Of a stretch of 64,000 bases of DNA, positions 1-11,982 are shown piece after piece. Numbering within the stretch: position 1 is the first letter of the stretch; each line of letters starts with the position of its first letter. Made by a program: the position numbers and the translations under genes. The stretch is from positions 96,410,715-96,474,714 of the forward strand of contig NC_068987.1 of assembly GCF_001194135.2 (NCBI RefSeq). The letters are read 5' to 3'. This stretch comes from Octopus bimaculoides (lineage: Eukaryota). The notes under the pieces are model-generated. The model searched no databases and was not told the DNA's origin. It saw only the letters and a list, made by a program, of their open reading frames with translations.

Positions 1-24
1 GATCTTCAGCCTCAATATTCGAGT

Positions 25-86
25 ATTGAGGCTGAAGATCGGAATAGGGGAATTCATACCCTTAACCGTGAAACGTTGTACCCAAT
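25..86 (+). ncRNA. Candidate type I hammerhead ribozyme
   Basis: CUGAAGA (32-38), stem II CGG/CCG plus AGGG/CCCU, GAAA (70-73), short stem III A-U/C-G with GUU loop, GUA triplet (78-80), stem I AUUG-A-GG/CCCAAU. The base of stem II is a non-canonical U.U. Confidence 0.55.
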
Positions 87-366
87 TAACTAAAGGCAGG
101 TTTGCTTTTACTCTTCTCTTCTGTTTTTTGTTCCGTGTGTGCCATAGATATCGCCATCCATTAGAGAAAAAATTTGTAGTTTGGAATCAGTAGTTCTTTG
201 ACTGCTATTTCTGAATTCTCAGTATGTTGGAGAAGCAGGCTTCTGCTAATCCCTGTATATTTATGATTATAAATGGTTTTACCGATAAAGGTTTTTTCAT
301 ACTGAACTACTTGGCAAAATCGTTAATTATTAATTTTATTACTAATCGACGATTCCCTGCCCTCTA

Positions 367-397
<31 letters not shown>

Positions 398-521
398 ATA
401 TATATATATATATATATATATGTCTTCATTAGTGTATTTAAATGATTTGCATTTGTGTTGTGCCTGTGACAAATAAACAAATCACCATCATCATCATTAG
501 TATTATTTAGAAAATACCATA

Positions 522-1605
522 TTTATTATTCCTATTTATTACATTAATGTTTAAAGGATTTTTGCATGCCAGTTATTTGTTCACTTTATTTTGCTCCTCC
601 TCCTCATCATCATCACGATTTCTACCTCCTCCTCCCCTCTTCAACTTATATATATTCCTCTGTGTGTCTGTGTGTTGAGAGAGAGATGTGAATGGTTGTA
701 TAGGTGTTGGTAGTTTCTTTTTTTTCTTCAAGGATACTCATTTTTGCTTTGTTCTTTCGTTTATGGTGGGTAGTTGTGATGGGGGAATTAGCTGAAACAG
801 AGACTATTATGCCTGTGTGTGTGTGTGTGTGTGTGCGTGTGTGTGCGTGTAGGAAATGCAAAGCAGAGCAGGGTAGTAGTAGAAGTAGAAAGACTATATT
901 GGACAGAAGTGGTGTTTGCATGCATGCACGTGTGTGTGTGTGTTTGTGTGCGCGCGCGCGCGAGCATCAGTTTGAAGTCGATGTGGAAATGGGTTTCTGA
1001 ATGCGTGTGTGTGTATGTGTGAGAGAGGGAGGGCAAGGGGGGGGGAGTGGCAGCTCGTNNNNNNNNNNAGAGGGAGGGCAAGGGGGGGGAGTGGCAGCTC
1101 GTGTGGGTGGAGAAGAAAGCAGTAGGCCATTTCAGTGTTGTTAGTTGCCCCACCCCCAATCACCCCCACCACTACTTGGGTTGTGTAGGAGGAAGTGTGG
1201 GTAAGAAATTGTAGCCGAGAACGGTACATTTTAACCTGTAGGTGGTAACTTCTAACAACTGCAGGAGAAATTGTGGGTAGGAAAACTATGGTAGCAACAT
1301 AGGGAATCTTTAAAACCTCTAGGCAGGAACTGCTACTTCAATGGAGAGGGCTGTTGCAGAGTGAAGCATATTTTAATCTTACTTTTTTTTGCCTCTAGAT
1401 AGCCCAACTATCTCTGTAAGAGGCATATCTGAGACAAAAAAAAAAAAAGGTATATGTGGAGCAGAAGATGTGGGTGTAGTGATAAAGGGTGTTTATGTGT
1501 ATGAATGTGTTATACAGTGTGTGTGTGTATGTGTGTGTGTGTGTATGGGTATGTATATATGCATGGTGTTTGGTAGAAAGACAGAGAGATAAAGAAGGAG
1601 CGTCG
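522..1605 (-). other. Probable RUFY 3' UTR with candidate AATAAA signals
   Basis: Lies downstream of the stop. Minus-strand AATAAA at 590-585, 540-535 and 527-522. Which signal is used is not knowable from sequence. Confidence 0.45.
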
Positions 1606-1743
1606 TTAGGTAGCTGAGTACCTCTGTAGAAGGAATGTGTGGCAACTGTCACAGACTCTGCCCGGCCTTGCAGACGAAGGCAGTGGCATCTTGTTGTCTG
1701 AGCACTCGTTACAGAAGATGAAGCCACAGTTTCGACAGTGATG
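1606..1743 (-). CDS. RUFY2: RUFY-family last coding exon, FYVE domain C-terminal half and stop
   Basis: cattacag|C acceptor. Encodes [45 protein letters not shown], with the R(R/K)HHCR and RVC motifs and all eight FYVE zinc ligands across the last two exons. TAA at 1608-1606. Confidence 0.95.
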   Translation of the reverse strand, partial: HHCRNCGFIFCNECSDNKMPLPSSARPGRVCDSCHTFLLQRYSAT

Positions 1744-1843
1744 CTGTAATGAGAACAAGAAATAGGTATGAGAACAAATAAACAAAACAAATACAAAAAG
1801 ATAAAAAATATATGCAAATCAACAGTTATAATGCTCACATTAT

Positions 1844-2226
1844 TATTCTTGTTTCAGTCATTTGACTGCGGCCATGCTGGAGCACTGCCTTTAGTCGAGC
1901 AAATCAACCTCGGGACTTATTCTTTGTAAGCCAAATACTTATTTTATCGGTTCTTTTGCCGAACCGCTAAGTGACGGAGACATAAACACACCAGCATCGG
2001 TTGTCAAGCAATGCTAGGGGGACAATCACAGACACACACACACATATATATATATACATATATACAACGGGCTTCTTTCAGTTTCCGTCTACCAAATCCA
2101 CTCACAAGGCATTGGTTGGCCCGAGGTTATAGAAGAAGACACTTGCCCAAGATGCCACGCAGTGGGACTGAACCCGGAACCATGTGGTTGGTAAGCAAGC
2201 TACTTACCACACAGCCACTCCTGCGC
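1844..2226 (-). mobile_element. tRNA-derived SINE family A, full length, tail type 1
   Basis: A box TGGCTGTGTGG, B box GGTTCAGTCCC, CORE-like cttgggcaagtgtctt, internal (TA/TG)n, tail gtgctccagcatggccgcagtcaaatgactgaaac. Confidence 0.85.
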
Positions 2227-3849
2227 CAACAACATTCACATTTTTATTGTAGCAATTATCATTAACATTATTGTTATTATCATCAATGTAGGATAAAATT
2301 CAGAATCCTAGCAACCAGTAATGATCTGCATTAGCAACAATTAGTCCAGAGGTGAATTTCATAAATTCAGTTGCTCTACAGACTATGGAAAGTAACATCT
2401 GGGTTCTTTCCTTTCATCTGAGAGCAAAAAAGAGAAAGTGTTGTTGTCATATTGGGCTCATCTCATGGCTACTGAACTCATAGAATTTTCCTATCATCTA
2501 TAGGATTGCTGTCATCACTTTTCTCTTTGTTGCTGTTCTTATCACTGTTGTCATTTTACATCTAGATTTCATACTGGCATAGGTTAGATGAGTTGCTATG
2601 ATATTGCTTACATGGTTCAGAAGATCACATCTTGCTCTTGTTTTTCATTTTTTCTTGGCTTCTATGGTTTAACAACCCTTCCTAACACCGATCACTTTAC
2701 ACAGTGTACTGGACGTTTTTTGGTGGCACCATCAAGATAAAAGCTCCTCTCAACCTTATAGTGTACAGAATATCCTGGGTTCATTTTCTTGTGGCACTGG
2801 AGCTAGAGGGGGTAACCATGACCTCCATACACTTAAATCATCTGTGCAAGTTCACCAACCTCTTTACAGAATGAGAGGCACGAGTGAAAAAGGCATGAAT
2901 GACAGTGATAAGAAGGATGTGTGATAGGCATACTAAATATTCCAAGACAGATACATATATTCAAAGCAATGGGACTAAGTGGATAGAGTGATGACACAGA
3001 GCAACATGACTCAGCAGAGAGAGTGATAATATTAACTTAGAGTATGTGGTTGAAAGGACACAAAAGTTCAATGGCAGACAGAATGAAGTGAGGGGATCCT
3101 TGGTAGTCCAGGAGGGGAGGGTGAATATAGGGTGTACTGGGTGCAACAGGCTTGATATAATCTCCTATACACAGACTTTGAGACTGCGGAGAGCTTGTGC
3201 AATGAGGGTGGTAGCAATGGTGGAAGGGGGATAGAAGTAGGTTGGTCCTGTATTGATTAATGATATTTTGGATCATCAATCTCATTCCTATTTATATATC
3301 GTCATCACCATTGTTATGGTTATTCATTTAACATATCAATGTTTATATGAATACATATGCATGCACTGGTGGAAGGAAGTTATCCTCAGATCAAAGACCT
3401 GGCCTAAATGCTTGCAACAGAGAGGACTCTACTAAAGGCGCTGAATGACCAGGCAGTCAAGTTAAACTGAGCAATTCAGTACCTGAGTAGGTAATGTTGG
3501 GTGAGTTTAGTCATATCACTATCATTGTATTAAATTGAAGGTACTGAACACTTTTACGTGGTACCAGCAGAAGAGGTTGGGGAAACTGGAAAGGGAAAGT
3601 GGGGAAGCATTTTGATAAACAATGTAAGAAGAAGTTGTATTAGAAGGATGCAAAAACATAGCTAGGTTCTAAAGTTAGAGGGAGTGAGTACATAAAATAA
3701 AAAGGTGTTCAGACACATACCAAACAATTTCAAACTCCTTTCTCTTATATGATGTAAAATATTTCATTAGTTCTAATAAGACTCATCAAGCCAAGTGAAA
3801 TGATAGTTGTGGCTGATGCTGATGTCACGTAACTGGCATGAAAAAAGTA

Positions 3850-4012
3850 CCCATTACACTCTTGAAGTGGTTGGCATTAGGAAGGCCATCCAGCTGCAGA
3901 AACCATGCCAAACCAGACTGGATCTTGGTGCAGCTCTCCAGCTTACCAGTTTTCAGTCAAACCATCTAACCCATGCCAGCATGGAAAGTAGACATTAAAT
4001 GATGATGATGAT
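3850..4012 (+). mobile_element. RTE 3' end
   Basis: ggcattaggaaggccatccagc..cccatgccagcatggaaag..(GAT)n. Confidence 0.78.
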
Positions 4013-4296
4013 GTATTCTACATTCATTCATTTCATGTTTCAGTAACAATGTCATTATATACGAAACTTACAATATCTGATATAGGTATCTGAAGAGTTA
4101 AAAAGAAATGTTAAAAAGACACCAATTTTGAAAAATGTGTTCTGAGAGAGGAGTCATTTTCTTTGTTCCCCTATTAGCTGTGCCACTGGAAGGATGGTCT
4201 ACAGAGGTTAATGGTAAGTTACTAGAACATCAAGTGTTTAATAAAGGTTATATTTTGAGTTAATACATTTCACTCATTAATTCCTAGTAACTATGG

Positions 4297-4516
4297 TGTT
4301 GGCAAGCTGGTAGAATTGGTAGCATGGTAGACAAAATGCTTAGCAGCATTTCATTTGTCCTTATGTTCTGAGTTCTGATTCTGCCAAGGTCAACTTTACG
4401 TTTTATCCTTTCAAGGTTGATAAAATAAGTACCAGTGAAAAACTGGGGGTCGATGTAACAGACCCTAACCCTCCCCCAAATTTCAGGCTTTGTGCCTATA
4501 GTAGGAAAGAATTATG
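4297..4516 (+). mobile_element. tRNA-derived SINE family B
   Basis: gctggtagaattggtag head, core aaggtcaacttt..atcctttcaaggttgataaaataagtaccag, tail ttgtgcctatagtaggaaagaattat. Confidence 0.75.
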
Positions 4517-4672
4517 GCGCTCAGTTGAAAAAACAAACAGGTCAATGACCTCTGCTTCTGTTATGACATGTTTTCAGCACATTATAAGGATCCAGTGCTT
4601 TCAATGGTGACCAAATGTCATTTAAGGGAATAACAGGGATTTCATTAATTAGTAACAACAACAACAACATAC

Positions 4673-4799
4673 CTTTCTCCGTGAGACTGAGAACTGCTTA
4701 GAACACTGTTTACACTGCTTGCTGTCCCGATCACTAGCCCACTGGGCCTCCCGAAGAGCTGACTGAGCTTCTTTCATGTCTTCCATTTTTAGTTTCGAC
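4673..4799 (-). CDS. RUFY2: RUFY-family coding exon, start of FYVE domain
   Basis: gatag|G acceptor, AAG|gtatgt donor, 127 nt. Encodes SKLKMEDMKEAQSALREAQWASDRDSKQCKQCSKQFSVSRRK, containing WxxD and the first CxxC of FYVE. Confidence 0.95.
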
Positions 4800-5750
4800 C
4801 TATCATGTACACAAAGCAGATATTGTAGCATGGTTCAAAAAACAACAACATTTAAAGATAAATGGTGACCTAACAATGTTGAAATCAGTGGGAATCAGAT
4901 TAGAAAGAAAAAATCTAAATTGTGTGTTAAACTGTTGGGAAGTGACGTATTAACTGTTATTTCTGACAAAAATGTTTCATCCACAAAAACTACCAGTTTC
5001 TACCGCATTGCTAGGCCCACTAACATTATTTTTGCTTTAGTCTCAAATATTTAGTTGTAAATTTGGGCAAAGTGCCAAGCAGCTAAGTCGTTTTCCTGAG
5101 TATTCTGAGATTTTTTTTTATATCAACATTCTGAAATAGTTTGACTTAGAACTTTGAGCTGAGACTATTTTACGTTTTTATACAAAGGAAGGAAGGCATT
5201 TTGACAAAATTTACATTTTGTGTTTCAACCTGATAAAAAGTAAGCAAGTAGTTGGCATTTTTATTCTTAGAAAATTATTTTCCCAATCTTTCCTTAAGAC
5301 TATAAATAAAAGACGATTCCATATATATATATATATAAATTGAAATTAATCAAAGGACAAACTAAGTATGTTTACCTGCTGGAAATAACAGTCAAAACTC
5401 TTATTTAAATCGCCCAAAATACACTGATGACAACTACAGAAATCAACCAAAAGCAGATCACCAGGTTATTATCGTTTTTTAAAATAGTCACACCAGATAG
5501 TAACAAAATTAATATCTTAGCAAATTAATTTTTTGAGAATTATTTTTTCTCGTGNNNNNNNNNNNNNNNNNNNNNNNNNNNNNNNNNNNNNNNNNNNNNN
5601 NNNNNNNNNNNNNNNNNNNNNNNNNNNNNNNNNNNNNNNNNNNNNNNNNNNNNNNNNNNNNNNNNNNNNNNNNNNNNNNNNNNNNNNNNNNNNNNNNNNN
5701 NNNNNNNNNNNNNNNNNNNNNNNNNNNNNNNNNNNNNNNNNNNNNNNNNN

Positions 5751-5787
<37 letters not shown>

Positions 5788-6193
5788 AGATACATACATA
5801 GAGAGAGAGATTGATGGGTGGACAGACATATAAATATAAAATAAAAGAAAATCAACTAAATTCCTCTAAAATTTTCAATTTAAAAAATAGCATTAAAACT
5901 AGGAATTTGAGGTGATGGTGTATGTAATGAATGGTCATGGAAGTGGTGGAGATGGATGTGTCTATAATAATGCATGATGTGAGCATGTAAGTGTGTGATG
6001 GTAGCAAGGTGTGTCAGACAATGTATGATGGTGGTGGTGGTGGTGATGGTCGTTTAGCTCCAGTTCAACCTTGATTGAGGAGACCTATGATCAAATGGGT
6101 TCTATGCATGATCCTCCCGTCTTTATAGAGATCAGGTTTTCTTTATTTAATAGTTTGAAATAAAGAGATGAAAGTATATGTAACAATCTATGG

Positions 6194-6591
6194 AAGTGTT
6201 TCTCAACCATTTTACCATTGCGTAACCCTTAAAATAAATTACATGTCTCAAGGAACCCCTGCACAAAAGAAATTATACACCATATCTTTCTCAAATATTT
6301 TTCATTGTAGTTCACATGGTAAATATCATATATATATATATATATATCTATATAGGGTGTCCATAAATTACAGATATCATTAAATATATGCTCAATGGTT
6401 GTTATATTTTTTTGATAACATAACGGGTTAGATAGGATGATGCCGATATTACAATAACCAATATGTTGTGCATGAATAGTAATATTACAATCAAGAAATT
6501 AGCATTAGCTTATTTCACTTTCTCTTGCTGAACCCCAAGGAACCTTTTGTGGAACTCTAGAGTTCTGGGGAACCCCAGTTGAGAAATGCTG
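6194..6591. mobile_element. hAT (Charlie-like) MITE
   Basis: TIRs aagtgtttctcaac / gttgagaaatgctg. Perfect 8-bp TSD atctatgg at 6186-6193 and 6592-6599. Confidence 0.85.
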
Positions 6592-6689
6592 ATCTATGGT
6601 GTTGCTAGTGTGGTGACAGTAGTAATAATAGAATTTCCAAAAGGGGTCTTTCCTAGCAAGTTGCTTAGTGACCTCACAAGTGATGGTGC

Positions 6690-7780
6690 CACAAAAAAGT
6701 ACCTAGTACACTCTGTTAAGTGGTTGCTTTTAGGAAAGGCATCCAGCCACAAAAACCTTGCCAAAGCAGACATTGATACCCAATACATCCTGCTGGTTTA
6801 TTGGATCCTGATAAACTACTTAATCCATACCAGCATGGAATATGAAAACTAAGTGATGATGATGATGATGATGGTCTTATTAACATATGTGCTTGTTGAG
6901 TCACAGCTTTGTCTGACAGAAGCAGGCTCAACAGCAGAGAAGCTAAAATGTTACATCACAAGACGCAGTGGGTTTGAAAGAGAGAAAAATGTTGGATCAT
7001 CAACAGCTGAAAATTTATGAACAGAGAATTATTTAACCAACACACTTGCGAGGACCTTAGAGATGATAATACAAAGATCATCCAAGGCGAACATTCACCT
7101 TGCTCTGATTACTTGCTCTGGAAGAGAAAAGTTCCATATTTGTTCCAGGATGGTAGCCACAACATCAAGATAATCAATAGAAACTGGTGAGCGAGTGATG
7201 GCTTTTGTTAGTAGGAAACAGAATCATCATCATTATTATTTATTCAAAGTCCATCTTCCATGCATGCATAGGTAGGATAGTCGTCAGGAGCCAGCCAGGT
7301 AGGAAATTACTCCAGGCTATTGTGTCTGTTTTTGCAGGATATTTATGGCTGGATGCCCTTCCTAACACAAACCACTCCAGAGTGGACTGAGAGCTTTTTA
7401 CATGGTACCAGCACAGGTAGGGTCAATTTTGGCACGATTTTTACATGATTTTTACAGCTGGATTTCCTTCCAAATGCTAACTATTTCACAGTGTGAACTG
7501 GATGCTTTTTATGTGGCACCAGCGCTGGCAGGGTCACCAAGTAACTTACAAGACAAGGAATTTGAGAGGAAGGAGGGGGCATTGGAAGAGGGGATCTTGT
7601 GTCAGATGATGAAAGGTTAGAGTGTGACAGAGAGACAGAGAGGGAGAAACAGGTAGGCGTCTTGCTATAATGGAAAGTGAAAGTACACTGTGTGTGATAG
7701 TGTGCTGTGAAATGATGTATAGACTTAGACCTGTGCTGAGTCCTTGGATTCATAAAGATGGAGTTTAACCTGGTTTTCAT
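6690..7780. mobile_element. Pair of older RTE-tail repeats in opposite orientation (6690-6872 on +, 7223-7780 on -)
   Basis: Both carry aggcatccagcc / ggctggatgcccttcc and (GAT)/(CAT) tails. Confidence 0.6.
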
Positions 7781-8811
7781 GGTGTATATGTGATTGAGAT
7801 GACAACACAGGATACTGGTCTATCACTGAGATGATGTATGAGATAATTCTGACAAAAGACCTTCATTTGTCATTGAAAAGACACAAAAGCACCCCAACTG
7901 CTTTCTATTTCATCTCAACTTCACTTTTGTTTTCATCTCAAATATTCACTTGCAAATTCAGAACTTCTTTCAAACTAATAAAAGGTCAGATTTGAAGGAG
8001 ATTTAGTTCCTATTTTTAGCAGATCTAACAACCATATTAAAGCACATTAATTGGCTCATTGCAAAGTGGTGTTGTGTAATGATGTGGCATAACAGTAGTT
8101 GAGATGGTAGTGGTGGCGATGGTGGTAGAAGTGGTTTAGTGGTACAATGATGTAATAATCGACAGCAAGTGATTTGGGCATGGTGGTGATAATATGCAAT
8201 AAAAACATGGAGAGTTGGTGGTGAGGTGGTATCCTTATGTGGGACAAGCAGTGACAACAATGGCGGTAGCATTGACAGTCCTGGTGATGCGGGGTGAAAT
8301 GTTTATTGCAGAAGGCAGACAAAGAAATTTCAGTCATCCAGAATGTAATTTGTTAATATGTGACGCAAGAGCGAATTTGAATTTAGGCAGTTCCATGGTC
8401 ATATGACCACAGTCAATCTGAAGAAAACATACTTGAAGCTTTCTCATTTGAATGATTTAAAATTAGAACAATATTAAGATTTTGCCAATCTTTATTTTAA
8501 TTACAGGAGTGGTAAATTTATTTTAATTACAATATTGTTGGTGAAGAAGGCACAGCATCTGTGGTGTTGTGAAGAAGACACAGCATCTGTGGTGTTCTAA
8601 CAAAACAACAGAAGATATTTTATTGTGTGTAAAAGTTAGTGAGCATATAAATGTTATATTATTTTGTGTGTGTGCATAATGTACATAATCATTTAACATC
8701 CATCTTCTATGCTGATACACACACACACACCTAACAATGTATATTAACATAAATGCAAATAAAAATATGTATATATGAGTATGAATGTATGTGTGTATGA
8801 ATGTGTAAGGG

Positions 8812-8885
<74 letters not shown>

Positions 8886-9639
8886 CACACTTATACATCC
8901 ATACAGACACACCAGGCATAAAAAGAGAAAGTAATTAGTTACAGACAATATATTTTTGCAATGTATTCAGAAATTATATGGACAAGCAGATATGTCCTGA
9001 TGGGCGAAAACCTCTCTGCTAGTTGGTGTTGTTTAGTACCAAGTCATGCCTGATTATGCAAACCAATACTAAAGGGTATTCCAGCTATCATGATCCCATC
9101 TTTTTTTTTTTAAACATCATATATCCTCTTTTATGAAAAATTTGGCTGTTATTTCTAACAGATAAAGTTACCACGTTAAACGATAGACAAAAGATGAGGA
9201 ACTCATCCAATTTACGGATGGAATTTATCTGAATTCAAGTTAGATACAGTTCACTGATGAAGCCTCTAAAATCCTATATGAAAAGACATTTGTTATTTTT
9301 CTCAACACATATGCCATCCCCACAGATTCTTCTACATTTGCAAGTAGCCTGGGGATATTAAATAGCTTTCCATATGAGATGCAGAGTTTCCTTCATTGGC
9401 TTAAGTTAGCTTCTAGAAAAACTGTTGCTACAGCAATTGTCATTGCCACTGTGTATAATGTTGATGTACTTTGGAAGAGATGGAACATTTAAAAAAAATC
9501 TGAGGCCATCTTTTCTTATACAACTCTTGATGAATTGGACTAAACAGGATAAAAGGACAAACAACAAAAGAATGAGCTATCTCCTAGTTGCTGCTATTCT
9601 TGTTTAATCCCAGATCATCCTTGCTCAAAGATATTTCAA

Positions 9640-9898
9640 CCATGCCAGTACCGCCTGACTGGCCTTCGTAGGATTTTCGAGCGAGATCGTTGCCAGTGCC
9701 CCTGGACTGGCTCTTGTGCGGGTGGCACATAAAATACACCAGTTTGAGCGTGACCGTTGCCAGTACCGCCTGACTGGCCTTCGTAGGATTTTTTGAGCGA
9801 GATCGTTGCCAGTGCCCCTGGACTGGCTCTTGTGCAGGTGGCACATAAAATACACAATTTCGAGCGTGGCAGTTGCCAGTATCGCCTGACTGGCCTTC
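9640..9898 (+). mobile_element. Young RTE 3' UTR segment, tandemly repeated
   Basis: About 116-bp unit present about 2.2 times, homologous to the LINE 3' UTR at about 61040-61150. Ends in an N gap. Confidence 0.85.
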
Positions 9899-11214
9899 NN
9901 NNNNNNNNNNNNNNNNNNNNNNNNNNNNNNNNNNNNNNNNNNNNNNNNNNNNNNNNNNNNNNNNNNNNNNNNNNNNNNNNNNNNNNNNNNNNNNNNNNNN
10001 NNNNNNNNNNNNNNNNNNNNNNNNNNNNNNNNNNNNNNNNNNNNNNNNNNNNNNNNNNNNNNNNNNNNNNNNNNNNNNNNNNNNNNNNNNNNNNNNNNNN
10101 NNNNNNNNNNNNNNNTCAGGGGGCAGCAAATGGAAGGGCTCCCTGGGCGGCACACACTCTGGCTATGCTAGTGGGTATGAGTTAAGAGAGATATGGTTGC
10201 CACTTTTAGCAAGTTGAGTAACTATAAAGGAAGTCTCTGTGCCACCTTTTTTTAAAATTTAACTGTTTGTCATTCCATTTTATTTAGTTCATTTTCTCAA
10301 ACTTAAAATTTTGTTGGTTTTTCAGAGATGTAATTATCTATGGTAAAGCTTTTCATGATATTTCAATGTATTGCTAAAGCCAATTCCTTGAGTTTGTTAA
10401 ATGCTGATTTTTTTTTTTTTTTTATGACTGAAAGAAAACCAATAATAATAAGCTCAAGGAATTGTTAAACTTCTATGTTTTCTTCTTAAATGACAACAAA
10501 GATTCAGTGATATTTATGTCCTTCTTGGTCTGGATGTCAATAGCAGAAACATATGCAGGCTCTACCTTCCCTAAGAGATTCTTTGGTAATCTTTGATCTG
10601 TAAACTTGCTTGTTTAGAACTTTCTTTAGTAGTGATCAAAGAGGTTTGCTAAGTAAAATATTTTGCCATTGAGATAATATATCTAACACACCACTGCTGG
10701 AGAGAGAAAAGTTCAGTCCAAAATGTTAGATTTTTTTTCTTCTTCATAGCAAAATAATTTATTCTTTTTAAAGAGCTTTTTATACTTACTAGTTGGCAAT
10801 TCAGCCTATCATTAGTTTCTTCAAACTCTACCGTTTCACTTAGCTGAAGGAAGTTTAATTTGCAGGAAATCATTAGATATTGTAGGAACAACCAATGTTG
10901 TCAGTCACATAGTTACAAAATTTTTACTTGTTTCAAATGTCACCATTGTCTTATCTATAATGATCTGTCTGACCTCACCAGCAATTTGGAACTATTTTAG
11001 TTTCACAGCGAATTTGGAAAGCAGAAGACAATAAGAGATGTTCAGTTTGACACTAAAGGTTATATTGATCCACTTTGTTAAAGGAAGCGGTATAAGTTAT
11101 TTGTTTGTTAGTATAATTTATGAATAAACACTGAACTTAAGAAGCTTCAATGTGTATAACTCAAACATTAGCAATGAAGAGTTATGTTCCTTCGTCTTTG
11201 CTACCTACACTTAG

Positions 11215-11610
11215 CATCAGTGGAGAAATTTACTTCATAAACACATGGCTTTATGTTCAGTCCTACAGCTTAGCACATTGGGCAGCTATCTTCTACTATA
11301 TCTGCAGGATGCTGATTGATGCCTGAAAGTGAATCTGGTCAATGGAAACAGTTGTTAGACCAGTGTGTGTGTGTGTACGTGTGCATGCACACACAAATTT
11401 TGACATACCATGCCTTTGCTTGAGAGAAATGGTTTGTGATGATTGCATTGCTTCTTGATATTGCAACTAATCACTTTGCACTTTCAAAGATCTATAGATT
11501 AAAGTATCCTTTACTTCAAAAACAGTTAAAAGCATTTGGCTGTGAAAATCTGGCCTGAAATATTATACCCATTGAACCTATGCCAGCATGAAAAAAATGG
11601 GCATTAAATG
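11215..11610 (+). mobile_element. Degenerate SINE family A with RTE-type tail
   Basis: gttcagtcct B-box-like, ttgggcagctatcttct CORE-like, (TG)n, ending cctatgccagcatgaaa. Confidence 0.5.
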
Positions 11611-11624
11611 AATGCATATATATA

Positions 11625-11982
11625 TCATCATCATCATCGTTGTTGTTTAACATCCGCTTTCCATGCTAGCATGGGTTGGACGATTTGACTGAGGACTGGT
11701 GAACCAGATGGCTGCACCAGGGTCCAATCTGATTTGGCAGAGTTTCTACAGCTGGATGCCCTTCCTAACGCCAACCACTCAGAGAGTGTAGAGGGTGCTT
11801 TTATGTGCCACCGGCACGAAGGCCAGTCAGGAGGTACTGGCAACGGCCACGCTCGAAATTGTGTATTTTATGTGCCACCCGCACAAGAGCCAGTCCAGGG
11901 GCACTGGCAACGATCTCGCTCGAAAGTCCTTACACATGCCGCGGGCACAAGTGCCAGAAAGGTGACGCTGGGCACAGGTGCC
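11625..11982 (-). mobile_element. Young 3' fragment of the PHD-RTE LINE
   Basis: Reverse complement is colinear with about 61030-61335. (CAT)n tail on + and palindrome ccatgctagcatgg. Confidence 0.9.

Noticed and set aside
1025-1101. Duplicated G-rich 34-mer in the 3' UTR
   Set aside because: Flanks a 10-N gap and differs only in G-run length. Assembly artefact.
804-1424. Alternating purine-pyrimidine (Z-DNA-prone) tracts and a 6+6-bp interrupted stem (1391-1424) in the 3' UTR
   Set aside because: Such tracts are ubiquitous in this sequence, and a stem of that size is within chance.
1661-1666. FYVE reads RPGRVC where RUFY proteins usually have PVRVC
   Set aside because: A single substitution outside the zinc and PI3P motifs. 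It cannot be distinguished from polymorphism or sequencing error here.
2160-2226. tRNA-like A/B boxes here and in other SINE heads
   Set aside because: No cloverleaf, and they continue into SINE bodies. Not tRNA genes.
8541-8596. 28-bp direct repeat x2. Similar pairs at about 28060-28120 and 39791-39838, and the 19164 array
   Set aside because: Adjacent copies without unique spacers and no cas genes, in a eukaryotic context. Not CRISPR, just local duplications.
9253-9290. CUGAUGAAG...GAAA hammerhead-like text
   Set aside because: Stems I, II and III do not pair.
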